Source of the DNA: a virus
Taxonomy: Duplodnaviria > Caudoviricetes
DNA: 37,525 bases
Reading direction: 5' to 3' (one strand)
IMG/VR virus record: IMGVR_UViG_3300033407_000069
Span: 1-37,525 of that record
Shown here in pieces: positions 26,201 through 33,872 of the stretch (the stretch's first letter is position 1; each line of letters starts with the position of its first letter). Made by a program: the position numbers and the translations under genes. The notes under the pieces were generated by a model. That model made no database searches. It saw only the letters and a program-made list of their open reading frames with translations, and had not been told where the DNA came from.

Positions 26201-26620
26201 CTACTTCACCGACCTAAGCAGCGTCCTCGGGTCCACCCTGTCGTCCTCGTACCGCGCGGCCGGCTTCTCGGGCGCAGCCTCGATCTTCCACTCCAGCCGC
26301 CTACGGTCGAGTGGAGTCAGGCCGAAACGCGCCTCTTGCTTCGCAATGGACTCGGCAAGCTCGCGCGCCTTCAGGGGCTTCTCCCAGAATTGATTGACCA
26401 GCACCGCGAGCCGCAGTAGAGCATGGATATCAGCCTGCAGGAATTGCGCCGCCATCGGGGACGCCCACACGTCTCTCCACCATGCTCGTGTCTCTTCGCG
26501 GATCAGTCCTTCTGGCAGGAGCGGGGTTTCGCGTGTAACGCCGGGCGCGGCGGCGAGGATGGCCCGCGTAGCAGCCTTGTTGCGGCGCTGGCGGAGCTCT
26601 GGGGGCTTAGATTGACTCAT
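26201..26620 (-). CDS. terS: Terminase small subunit
   Basis: RQRRNK, WWRDVWASPMA, EARFGLTPLDRRRL motifs; upstream of terL. Confidence 0.85.
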   Translation of the reverse strand: MSQSKPPELRQRRNKAATRAILAAAPGVTRETPLLPEGLIREETRAWWRDVWASPMAAQFLQADIHALLRLAVLVNQFWEKPLKARELAESIAKQEARFGLTPLDRRRLEWKIEAAPEKPAARYEDDRVDPRTLLRSVK

Positions 26621-26699
26621 TTTAGAACGGTACGTTCTGAAAATCGCCTAGGCCCGGGGCCCTTCCAGCGGGACTTTGTAGGGATACGACATGCGGCCT

Positions 26700-26777
26700 A
26701 AAAACCGTACGCAATAAAATCAGGCTGGCAGGGCGGTCGGGGCACGAACGACACTCCAAAAAAATCGCGCCCCCCGG
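26700..26777 (-). other. Predicted cos packaging region
   Basis: Minus strand GGGGGG, T-tract, GACCGCCCTGCCAGCC, T-tracts, in the non-coding gap before terS, matching the HNH-cos-terS layout. The exact nick site cannot be determined. Confidence 0.55.
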
Positions 26778-27665
26778 CTAACCCCAACACTGCACACCCG
26801 GCGTCTCGCATTCAGTCACCATCTGCTTGGAGCTCATACTGAACTCTACTTCCTCCAACGGAACGAGGGATCGGTGAAGGTAGACGTTCGGGTTGTCCTG
26901 CTGGAGTGCCTTCTCGGCAGCTACGGCTATTGCCCAATCCTCAGGGTACTGGAGCTTCGTCTTCAGCCAGCTACTATCGTCTTGCAGTGGGCAGAGGTGG
27001 CAGCTAGTTCGCGGTGGGCGGGGCCATTCGGCGCTAGAGATGAGCCAAAGGCAATCCTCTCGCTTGATACCAAGGTCAACGAGTGGATAGCGCAGTTCGA
27101 CCCACTTGAGGTCTGACGTTCGCACACGCTGCGCCTCATCGGCTGAGATGCCGATCCAATTCACGGCCTTGCGTATTCCCTGTTCTCGCATCCAGCGGCG
27201 TGTCACGGTGGACTTCCACAGGCCGCTACAGTGGGTGCGCAGCTTGATGACCTCGCCTCCTTCGCCACGCTTGTAGGCCGGTATACGGACATAGCCGCCG
27301 GGGTCTAGTAGGGATGTATCGACGTAATCCCTTGTCGGCACGATATCTAGCCTAACGCCAGCTTCCTCTAGGCGGGGCCGGAGATGCTTCTGTACATAGT
27401 CCCACGTCGCTTGCTTTTCGTGGCTCACGTCGGTCATCACGGCATAGTCGGGCTTGGGGAGTTTCCCTTGCACAATCAGGACGGCGATGGCGGTGCTCTG
27501 TACGCCCCCGCCACAGCTCCATACCGTTGTCGCAGCGCCTGCCAGCTTCTTCTCTTCGCGCGCAGTGGCTATCGCTGAATTAGAGCAGGAATAGCCTGGG
27601 CAGAAACGTCGCGAGCGCCTGCGCGTCTCAAACGGGCTGCCGCAGGCCTCACACGTGTTTTCCAA
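26778..27665 (-). CDS. PAPS reductase-family (PP-loop) protein with N-terminal Zn finger
   Basis: SCGGGVQS PP-loop, HCSGLWK, IGISADE..R, YPL, SCHLCP; TTG start after AGGAGG. Confidence 0.85.
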   Translation of the reverse strand: MENTCEACGSPFETRRRSRRFCPGYSCSNSAIATAREEKKLAGAATTVWSCGGGVQSTAIAVLIVQGKLPKPDYAVMTDVSHEKQATWDYVQKHLRPRLEEAGVRLDIVPTRDYVDTSLLDPGGYVRIPAYKRGEGGEVIKLRTHCSGLWKSTVTRRWMREQGIRKAVNWIGISADEAQRVRTSDLKWVELRYPLVDLGIKREDCLWLISSAEWPRPPRTSCHLCPLQDDSSWLKTKLQYPEDWAIAVAAEKALQQDNPNVYLHRSLVPLEEVEFSMSSKQMVTECETPGVQCWG

Positions 27666-27972
27666 GCGGCCTCCTCACTTCGCGTCCCGTCTTCGCATTG
27701 TGGCACGGGCCGCAGAGCGATTGCAAATTCGTCCGGTCCCAGAAAAGCGCTTCGTCCCCTCGGTGTGGGGTGATATGGTCAACCGTGTTGGCTGGACGGC
27801 CACATGCCCGGCAGTGGGGCTCGGCTAGCAAGAATGCTACTCGCGAAAGCTTCCACCTTCCCGTCTTGTACAGGTTAGTCGTCCGTTGCGCCGTGGCGAA
27901 TGGGACGTGGGGGTGTTGGTTGCAAGGCTGCAGGTTGGGGCAGTGCGGCGTTGGGCACGGCCTTGTGGTCAT
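27649..27972 (-). CDS. Packaging-associated HNH endonuclease (HK97 gp74-like)
   Basis: CRACG...VDHITPHRGDEALFWDRTNLQSLCGPCHNAKT. Confidence 0.9.
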   Translation of the reverse strand: MTTRPCPTPHCPNLQPCNQHPHVPFATAQRTTNLYKTGRWKLSRVAFLLAEPHCRACGRPANTVDHITPHRGDEALFWDRTNLQSLCGPCHNAKTGREVRRPLGKHV

Positions 27973-27994
27973 TGCGCTGTGCGTTAGGCCTCGG

Positions 27995-28210
27995 TCACGT
28001 CAGCGCCTCGATCTGGGCGCGCACGTCGTCAACTGTCGGAGCATAGTCGTCTACCACGTAACGGCTAAGCGCCTCCAGGACGGCAAGGCCGTAGGCCCTG
28101 GCGGCATCCAACGCCTCGTCTCTCGAGCTTAGAGCTCGGCGGTCGATGACGATTGGCCTAAGCCGGGCCCAGGTGTCCTCGATTGAGAGCTGCTTCTGGT
28201 CTGTGGTCAT
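27995..28210 (-). CDS. Hypothetical protein (71 aa)
   Basis: Start corrected to ATG 28210 (ATGA overlap with the upstream microprotein). Confidence 0.6.
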   Translation of the reverse strand: MTTDQKQLSIEDTWARLRPIVIDRRALSSRDEALDAARAYGLAVLEALSRYVVDDYAPTVDDVRAQIEALT

Positions 28211-28338
28211 AGCTTCTGCCCGCACCGGCACGGATTGAGGAAGAACGGCTCCTCGGTCCTCACGCCGGCCGCTACTGTAACCCATGTGCCATCTGGAGCT
28301 ACAGGATGGCCAAACAGCCGGTGCCAGGCGCGTCTCAT
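28207..28338 (-). CDS. 43-aa microprotein MRRAWHRLFGHP...CRCGQKL (not in ORF track)
   Basis: GGGAG upstream; directly behind a promoter; coupled to the next gene. Confidence 0.6.
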   Translation of the reverse strand: MRRAWHRLFGHPVAPDGTWVTVAAGVRTEEPFFLNPCRCGQKL

Positions 28339-28347
28339 CTCGCTCCC

Positions 28348-28377
28348 ACCCTACAACCCGAGGGCCCAAGGCGTCAA
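28348..28377 (-). promoter_or_regulatory. Promoter TTGACG-N18-TAGGGT facing the packaging operon
   Basis: In the divergent intergenic region. Confidence 0.5.
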
Positions 28378-28447
28378 GGCCCAACATGTCCTGAGCTTGC
28401 CGAAGGAAATGACTAGGAATCGTCATGGTCCTAAGGCATGACGGCAC

Positions 28448-28477
28448 TTGACAGCACAGCACGGCATGGTATAGCAT
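28448..28477 (+). promoter_or_regulatory. Promoter TTGACA-N18-TAGCAT for the inverted operon
   Basis: Consensus -35 flanked by ACGGCA/GGCATG repeats; followed by a leader hairpin and an AGGAGGT RBS. Confidence 0.65.
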
Positions 28478-28534
28478 GATGGTGGGCTAGGAGATGAGGG
28501 TCTCCCAGCCCGGTAGACACAGGAGGTAAGTCCC

Positions 28535-28783
28535 ATGTCCAAGTTCTCATTCTACGCTAGGCCAACCCTAGATGTCCAAGAGGCGCGAGACCAAGAGCGG
28601 GCGCTCTACGCTAGGCAACGTGTGTACGCCGCTGAGCGCGGCTATCAGAGTGCCGAGTTCTCCTTTGCTCATTGGGACTGGATGGATTCCGTCCTCTACG
28701 TTCACTCAGCTGAGAAGGCGGCTGGGGTAACGATAACGATGCCTACGTTGGAAGGCCGCTGGGAAGCAGTCACCACCGCCTAG
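28535..28783 (+). CDS. Hypothetical protein (82 aa)
   Basis: Strong RBS; first gene of the + operon. Confidence 0.75.
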   Translation: MSKFSFYARPTLDVQEARDQERALYARQRVYAAERGYQSAEFSFAHWDWMDSVLYVHSAEKAAGVTITMPTLEGRWEAVTTA

Positions 28784-28861
28784 ACCCCCACGGTCCGGCC
28801 TCAGCCGTTGGGGCCGGGACGCGAGGGCCCAGGCGGGCCCGGCAGCAGGAAGGAAGAGACG

Positions 28862-29152
28862 ATGGAGACACAAGTAGCGGAGCACACGCCGGGGCCGTGG
28901 GAGTACATCCCCAACGGCACGGAACCAACGCGAATCTTCATTCGCCACGACGTGCGCGGTGGCGAATACGTGGCGGAGATCTCAGTAGATGGGGACTTGA
29001 GCAACGCCTTCGCTAACGCCCGCCTGATCGCCCAGAGTCCCATGATGTATACTTATATTGAACGCCAGGCGCATCGCGGGGATGCGGAGGCACAGCGCAT
29101 CATGGAGGCCGTCGATGCCGCAACGAACAACACCAAGGCAGGGACTAGCTGA
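28862..29152 (+). CDS. Phage protein of the HTPGPW...ANARLIA type
   Basis: METQVAEHTPGPW...ANARLIAQSP; purine-rich RBS before ATG 28862. Confidence 0.8.
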   Translation: METQVAEHTPGPWEYIPNGTEPTRIFIRHDVRGGEYVAEISVDGDLSNAFANARLIAQSPMMYTYIERQAHRGDAEAQRIMEAVDAATNNTKAGTS

Positions 29153-29618
29153 CACATGGGGCCGCAAGAATCGCCAGCTACCAGACTATATCTGCGAGGA
29201 TTGCGGCGCGACGTTTCGCCCACACAAATCATCAAGTCGGTATTGCTCTCGCCCCTGCGCGTGGCGGAACAATGGGGGCCAGAACAAGAAGGCCGAACCT
29301 ACATGGAGAACGACGGCACGGGGGTATGTCGTGGGCTATGTTACGGAGAACGGGGTCAGGTGTTGGGTACGACAGCATCGGTGGATTATGGAGCGCCACC
29401 TTGGCCGGAAGCTGGCCCCCGACGAGGACGTACACCATGTCAATCACGACAGGGCAGACAACAGAATCGAGAATCTAAGAATCATCCCGCATGGTGAGCA
29501 CAGCCAACACCATCACCGAGACGGAAGGAGTTACAAACATGGACACAAACTCAATCTCTCCCCCGAAGCTCGCGCAAAGCGAGCAGCCCAGATGCGAGCA
29601 AACCGAAGGCCACACTGA
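29115..29618 (+). CDS. HNH endonuclease with N-terminal Zn finger
   Basis: GGAGG-N6-ATG at 29115; CEDCG..F...YCSRPC; QHRWIME.HLGR.L...EDVHHVN..RADNRIENL. Confidence 0.85.
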   Translation: MPQRTTPRQGLADTWGRKNRQLPDYICEDCGATFRPHKSSSRYCSRPCAWRNNGGQNKKAEPTWRTTARGYVVGYVTENGVRCWVRQHRWIMERHLGRKLAPDEDVHHVNHDRADNRIENLRIIPHGEHSQHHHRDGRSYKHGHKLNLSPEARAKRAAQMRANRRPH

Positions 29619-29784
29619 TACGCTCCTGGCTCAGCGTGACGCGCTTCGGGAGGCGCTGGAGGCTGTGCTTGGCGGTGGCCTCGCTGGAGGAACGCTCGGC
29701 GAACGGCACATCCGCGTATCGGAGAAGGTGCACGAGCAGGCCTGCGCCGCCCTGGCGCTGGTACAGGAGGCCCCCGATGCCTAA
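29539..29784 (+). CDS. Hypothetical protein
   Basis: AAGGAG before ATG 29539; QRDALREALE coiled segment; start uncertain. Confidence 0.5.
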   Translation: MDTNSISPPKLAQSEQPRCEQTEGHTDTLLAQRDALREALEAVLGGGLAGGTLGERHIRVSEKVHEQACAALALVQEAPDA

Positions 29785-29914
29785 ACCAACCGTCGCCATC
29801 ACAGTCCGCATGAGCCCCGAGCAGCACGAGGCGCTCGCCCTGCGCGCCCAGAACGCCGGCCTCTCCGTCAACGCCTACGTCCTCTGGGCCATCCAGGAGG
29901 CCCGCAAGCCCTAG
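29777..29914 (+). CDS. 45-aa ribbon-helix-helix (Arc-like) DNA-binding protein
   Basis: AGGAGG RBS; ITVRMSPEQHEALALRAQNAGLSVNAYV. Confidence 0.85.
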   Translation: MPKPTVAITVRMSPEQHEALALRAQNAGLSVNAYVLWAIQEARKP

Positions 29915-29962
29915 CCCCCCGCTACGGCTGGGCTGCCCAGAAGCCGGCGATCTTGCGTTTGT

Positions 29963-30157
29963 TCATCGGTCGATGCTCACCCAGAGCCAGGTATCCGGCC
30001 CCGAAGCAAACACCCGCCTAACGCTAGCCCGCACGTTCGGCCCGAGCTGTAGGCGGTCGCCCGCCCTGATAAGCCTCTGCCCCTCCACGCGCAACTCATA
30101 GCTTCTGCCCGGCTCTAGGGCCTCTGCCTGCTCCGCCGTCGCCGGGAGGCTATGCAC
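29963..30157 (-). CDS. Hypothetical protein
   Basis: Overlaps the end of the DnaC-like gene; start uncertain. Confidence 0.5.
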   Translation of the reverse strand: MHSLPATAEQAEALEPGRSYELRVEGQRLIRAGDRLQLGPNVRASVRRVFASGPDTWLWVSIDR

Positions 30158-30890
30158 CTTCACGGCGGACATCCTTGCCCTCGCAAAGTACCAGCCCGTC
30201 ACGCCAGCGCGAACGGATGCGCTCGTCCAGCGACTCGATAGGGACGTTCGACGTGATCATCGTCGCAGCGCCAGACCCGTATCGGTGGTTCAGGATGCGG
30301 TAGCACTGCTCTTGCGCCCAGTCGGTCGCGTTGTGCGCGCCGTAGTCGTCAATCGCCAAGAGCGCAGTAGGCGACGATAGCGCCATAATCTCCGCTTCGA
30401 GCGGACGCTCTTCGTCTCGGACGCGCTCACGCAGATGGGCGAGCAAGTCCGGCATTTCCCAGTACCACGCCGCTGCTCCTCCCTGCCTCGCAGCCTTGAC
30501 GGACGCGGCCAGCAGATGCGTCTTGCCCAAACCGGGCGCGCCGTAGAGCAGCACCCGGTCGCGCAGGCCCTCAACCAGTTCGCGGCAGGCAGCGACCGCT
30601 AGGGCCATCTGCGGGTTGCGCGCCACTTCGAAGTTCTCGAAGCTCGCCTCCTGAAACCGCAGGGGCAGCCCGAGCGCAGGGGGCTGGAGCACTCCCTCCG
30701 CACACGAGGGACAGATCTCCAGCTTCCCGAAGCGCGGATCGTCGCGCATTCGCTCGTACTCGACGTAGCCAAAGCCGTGACAGACCTCACAGTCGGGATT
30801 ACCACCTAGCTCTTGCTTCTTCGACGGGGGTGGTGCTGCCGCCCGGCTTGCCTCTAGCCGCTCCGCCGCGAGCTTGACCAGATCGGTCAT
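30150..30890 (-). CDS. DnaC/IstB-like AAA+ helicase loader
   Basis: N-terminal CxxC...CxxC, GAPGLGKT Walker A, LAIDD Walker B, ITSN, RIRSR; start ATG 30890. Confidence 0.9.
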   Translation of the reverse strand: MTDLVKLAAERLEASRAAAPPPSKKQELGGNPDCEVCHGFGYVEYERMRDDPRFGKLEICPSCAEGVLQPPALGLPLRFQEASFENFEVARNPQMALAVAACRELVEGLRDRVLLYGAPGLGKTHLLAASVKAARQGGAAAWYWEMPDLLAHLRERVRDEERPLEAEIMALSSPTALLAIDDYGAHNATDWAQEQCYRILNHRYGSGAATMITSNVPIESLDERIRSRWRDGLVLCEGKDVRREGA

Positions 30891-31536
30891 TCTTGAGCAC
30901 TCCTTCCATGTAGTTCCACGGATCGCCGCGCGCCTTCGAGAAAGCTTCGGTTGCAGCGTCCAGCACACGGCTCCGATCAAACTTCGTTGCGAAGTGCGCC
31001 GCCCTTCCGCCGTTCCTTGGAAAGCCGAGCGCATCCCCTAACTCAACCAGCCTCTTTACCCGTTCGTTCTCAGGGGCTTCTAAAAATTCGTGCCGGGCAA
31101 CCGCCGCCGCAGGCGGCTCCGCGTGACGGCGTTGTGACGCCGTCACACTCTCTTCTCCTCTCTTCTTATCTGTTCTCTTCTTCTCTCTTCTTATCTGGGG
31201 CGTCACACCGTCGTCACTGTGACGCTCTCGTGACGCTCGCATGCGTTCGGCGGAGCTGTCACTGCGGGGCTGGCGATCAGCCCACTTGTGAATCGAATAC
31301 GCCCCATCCACCTCCTCTAACAAACCGGCTGTATGTAATATTTCCAGCATCTTCCTCGTGCGATGCAGACGCGATCGGAGAAGGAAACTGAGAGTTTTCG
31401 CCTCTGGGAGTGCACCGCTGGCGTCAGCAGTTGACGCGATGCACAACAAATTCACCCAAAACTTGAACGCTTCACCGCTCAAGCGTTGCACTTTGTCGTC
31501 GTTGACCAGCTCAGTGTAGAGGCGGAGCCACTTCAT
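30799..31536 (-). CDS. Replication initiator/replisome organiser
   Basis: MKWLRLYTELVNDDKV...WVNLLCIA...IHKWADRQ, K/E/R-rich linker, C-terminal YMEGVLKN; upstream of the loader. Confidence 0.85.
   Translation of the reverse strand: MKWLRLYTELVNDDKVQRLSGEAFKFWVNLLCIASTADASGALPEAKTLSFLLRSRLHRTRKMLEILHTAGLLEEVDGAYSIHKWADRQPRSDSSAERMRASRERHSDDGVTPQIRREKKRTDKKRGEESVTASQRRHAEPPAAAVARHEFLEAPENERVKRLVELGDALGFPRNGGRAAHFATKFDRSRVLDAATEAFSKARGDPWNYMEGVLKNDRSGQARGGAARGKPGGSTTPVEEARARW
31123..31235. repeat. Iteron-like GTGACG/CGTCAC cluster (putative origin)
   Basis: Seven copies (31123, 31134, 31141, 31201, 31212, 31219, 31230) flanking a pyrimidine tract inside the initiator gene. Confidence 0.7.
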
Positions 31537-32120
31537 GCGACGGACTCGGCGAGCACGCAAACGCCACAAAGCTGACGCTCGGCAGTGTCGATATCGCTCT
31601 CTGGCAATTCAGCGTCGCACGCGTAACAGTAGTAGAGGCACGACGGGCAAAGCGCGCCCTCGGCGTGGCTCTCCGCATCGCATTCGGGGCAGCGATAGCC
31701 GATTGGCTCGCTTGTCTCTTTCGGCTTGCGGCAGCTACACTCGTCGCCTTCGTATGTGTTAGGAAAGCCGCAGGTGGCGCAGATGAAGCGCGGGATGAAC
31801 GTGTCTGGCCCCGTGTAAACGTAGCTGCGCGAGACCGGCCACGCGGGTTCTGCACGACGGCGCGGCTGAGGTTCGACATGTCGGATGTACCGCTTCGTAC
31901 GCCTCGCCCCCCACTCGACCCGCGCCCCCTTCTTGGAGTTGCACCGCTGACACAGCGTATGCAGATTCCCCTCGCCGCTGTCTCCTCCACGGCTGAAGGG
32001 CAGGACGTGATCAATTGTCAGGTAACGGCGCACTCCGCAGTGCTGACAGGTAAAGTCGTCTCGCTCCCAGATCGCCCAGCGCAGCGCGGGCGGGATATAC
32101 CTGCTCGGCCTCTTCTCCAT
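31533..32120 (-). CDS. HNH endonuclease with multi-CxxC C-terminus
   Basis: RDDFTCQHCG...IDHVLPFSRGG...NLHTLCQRCNSKKG. Confidence 0.85.
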   Translation of the reverse strand: MEKRPSRYIPPALRWAIWERDDFTCQHCGVRRYLTIDHVLPFSRGGDSGEGNLHTLCQRCNSKKGARVEWGARRTKRYIRHVEPQPRRRAEPAWPVSRSYVYTGPDTFIPRFICATCGFPNTYEGDECSCRKPKETSEPIGYRCPECDAESHAEGALCPSCLYYCYACDAELPESDIDTAERQLCGVCVLAESVA

Positions 32121-32143
32121 GGCTCCCTCCCTAGAAACGCAAA

Positions 32144-32257
32144 GCCCCCAGGCGACCGAGCCTCAACCTGTTGAGGGAAGAGGAGTCACCCAGGGGCGTT
32201 GCTATTCTATCGGATCGGCGAGGCTGCGCCTCTTCCCTCAACGTCCCCATTGTACCA
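32144..32257 (-). promoter_or_regulatory. Extended -10 promoter (TGGTACAAT) and structured leader of the replication operon
   Basis: Two interleaved 14-bp helices, the second followed by a U-rich run. Confidence 0.6.
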
Positions 32258-32279
32258 CTCCTAGATGTAAAGCGCGCGC

Positions 32280-32621
32280 TCACTTGAGCGACTCCAACAG
32301 CCAGTCCAGCTCGTCTGGCCGGATGATGTAGGACTGGAACCCAGCGCGCCGAAACGCCGCGATCCAGCCGAGCTGCCCTAGCGTCGCGCGGCCCTTCTGA
32401 GACTTGAACTCCAGCGCCCAGCCCACGCCAGCACGCAGCGCGATCACGTCGGGGAAGCCAGGGTCGCCCGTAAGCGGCGTTAGCCAACGGCCAGAGCGCG
32501 CCCTCGCCGCCTGGAAGTGGGTCCACACGTACCCCAGCGCCGTGAGCGCGTCCGTGACGGTCTTCTGCAGCTCGGCTTCTGTCATATTGTCGATGAGCGC
32601 CTGGTGCGCGGCCCTGTTCAC
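32280..32621 (-). CDS. VRR-NUC domain nuclease
   Basis: TEAELQ, PGFPD, LEFKSQKGR...Q..W; GTG 32621 after GGAGG. Confidence 0.9.
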   Translation of the reverse strand: MNRAAHQALIDNMTEAELQKTVTDALTALGYVWTHFQAARARSGRWLTPLTGDPGFPDVIALRAGVGWALEFKSQKGRATLGQLGWIAAFRRAGFQSYIIRPDELDWLLESLK

Positions 32622-32839
32622 AGCCCCTCCACCAGCCGCATCGTGCGCGCGGTGCCGCGCGGCCCACGCCTGAGGTAGCCCTGCCGCTCGAGCCCCAGGA
32701 GCGCGTAGCGCACGACGGACGTAGAGCTTATGCCGCAGCCCGCCATGATCTCGCGGCACGACGGCGCGTAGCCGCGCTGCGCGATGAACTCGCGCACGAA
32801 GGGCAGCACGCGCCGCTCGGTCCGGGTGAGGGCGGTCAT
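32618..32839 (-). CDS. LexA N-terminal DNA-binding domain only (no peptidase)
   Basis: LT..ERRVL.FVREFIAQRGYAPSCREI...CGISSTSVV...L..LERQGYLRR; 73 aa. Confidence 0.85.
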   Translation of the reverse strand: MTALTRTERRVLPFVREFIAQRGYAPSCREIMAGCGISSTSVVRYALLGLERQGYLRRGPRGTARTMRLVEGL

Positions 32840-33117
32840 GGCGTCACGGCTGGCGGCTTCGCTGCGTGACCATAGCCAGGCTGATAATCTGGCGGCAGTT
32901 CACCATATGTCGCCGTCTCCATGTGCCAGAAGCGGAATGCCCGACAGTGATCCCAGGGCGCTGATGAAGCAGCACAAGTAAGACACGTACCCGAATGGGC
33001 GATGATGCCAACTCCATCGCTTGCATCTTTGTGGCACTCCCACCAATCGCCACACTCACAAACCCGATGTTGATGAAGCGTTCGCTTGCCGCACAGATAA
33101 CAGGCCTTCGCGCTCAC
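32836..33117 (-). CDS. Cys-rich hypothetical protein
   Basis: Several CxxC/CxC motifs; ATGA overlap with the next gene. Confidence 0.55.
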   Translation of the reverse strand: MSAKACYLCGKRTLHQHRVCECGDWWECHKDASDGVGIIAHSGTCLTCAASSAPWDHCRAFRFWHMETATYGELPPDYQPGYGHAAKPPAVTP

Positions 33118-33126
33118 GTTCCCACC

Positions 33127-33429
33127 TCAGCCATCAGCCCGCGCCTTCTGCGACGCGAGCGTGCCGCGCACCTGGTACGCCCAGCGCAAGGTCTCCGGGA
33201 CCTGGGGGCAAAGCCTAGCCTGCCCACAGACGCGGCAGCGTCCCCAAAACGCGCCCCCGTGGGCCTGAGAGGCTATCACGTAGCGGTGAGGCCCCAAGCA
33301 GGGCGTAGCGGGGCTGGTGACCTGCTCCTGCAGCGCCAGCGCTTCGTCGTACGCGCAATGCAGCCCGCCCTCGCAGCTCTGGAGCTCGCACGGCTCGGTG
33401 CCCGCGCCCTGGGGCGTGCACGCGCTCAC
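33127..33429 (-). CDS. Cys-rich hypothetical protein
   Basis: GTGA coupling; H.Y.I...G.CRVCG motif. Confidence 0.55.
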   Translation of the reverse strand: MSACTPQGAGTEPCELQSCEGGLHCAYDEALALQEQVTSPATPCLGPHRYVIASQAHGGAFWGRCRVCGQARLCPQVPETLRWAYQVRGTLASQKARADG

Positions 33430-33872
33430 GACAGCCCCAGCGCCGCAAGCGCCGTGTCGGTGGCCTTCTGGCGTTCTGGCAATGCTTCATGCAGTAGCCG
33501 CATCGACTCGCAACGAGCACAGGGAGCTATGCAGTCGCCGTCCAAGCACTCGCCTAGATGAATCCCCATCGGCTTGCCGTAGTAGTCGCCGGTCATCGGG
33601 TGCGGTTTCTCCTCTGGGTCTCGGTCATATCGGAACGCATGGGTACAGGGACTCGACATGAGAAGCGACCGCAGTTGGTCCGCTACCTCCAGACTTCCAA
33701 AGGCCGCCATGATCGTGCTGAGCGCCGCATCGCGGCGACAGCCAGGACACTGTTCAGCTTGGCCCTTCCCCTTCGCTTCTAAGCAAGCGCGCTTGTCTCG
33801 CGCAGCGTCGAATAGCGGGCGTGTCTGCTCTGAAAGCAGATCGATCATGGTTGGCTTCGGTTTTCGTCTCAC
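33426..33872 (-). CDS. Hypothetical protein
   Basis: GTGA coupling; ends ATDTALAALGLS. Confidence 0.55.
   Translation of the reverse strand: MRRKPKPTMIDLLSEQTRPLFDAARDKRACLEAKGKGQAEQCPGCRRDAALSTIMAAFGSLEVADQLRSLLMSSPCTHAFRYDRDPEEKPHPMTGDYYGKPMGIHLGECLDGDCIAPCARCESMRLLHEALPERQKATDTALAALGLS

Noticed and set aside
26648-26692. 14-codon ORF in frame with and upstream of terS (possible readthrough)
   Set aside because: No RBS, too short to support, and it lies beside the predicted cos region.
29-27578. Many long + strand ORFs opposite structural genes (e.g. 19132-20430, 4790-5758, 12417-13295)
   Set aside because: These are antisense shadows of GC-rich genes, with no RBS or motifs, and they fully overlap well-supported minus-strand CDSs.
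27995-28477. 160-aa ORF as given in the track
   Set aside because: Its 5' half crosses two divergent promoters. It is better explained as a 43-aa ORF coupled to a 71-aa ORF.
29156-29161. Apparent frameshift at ATGGGG in the + strand HNH gene
   Set aside because: An in-frame ATG at 29115 with GGAGG 6 nt upstream explains the gene without a frameshift.
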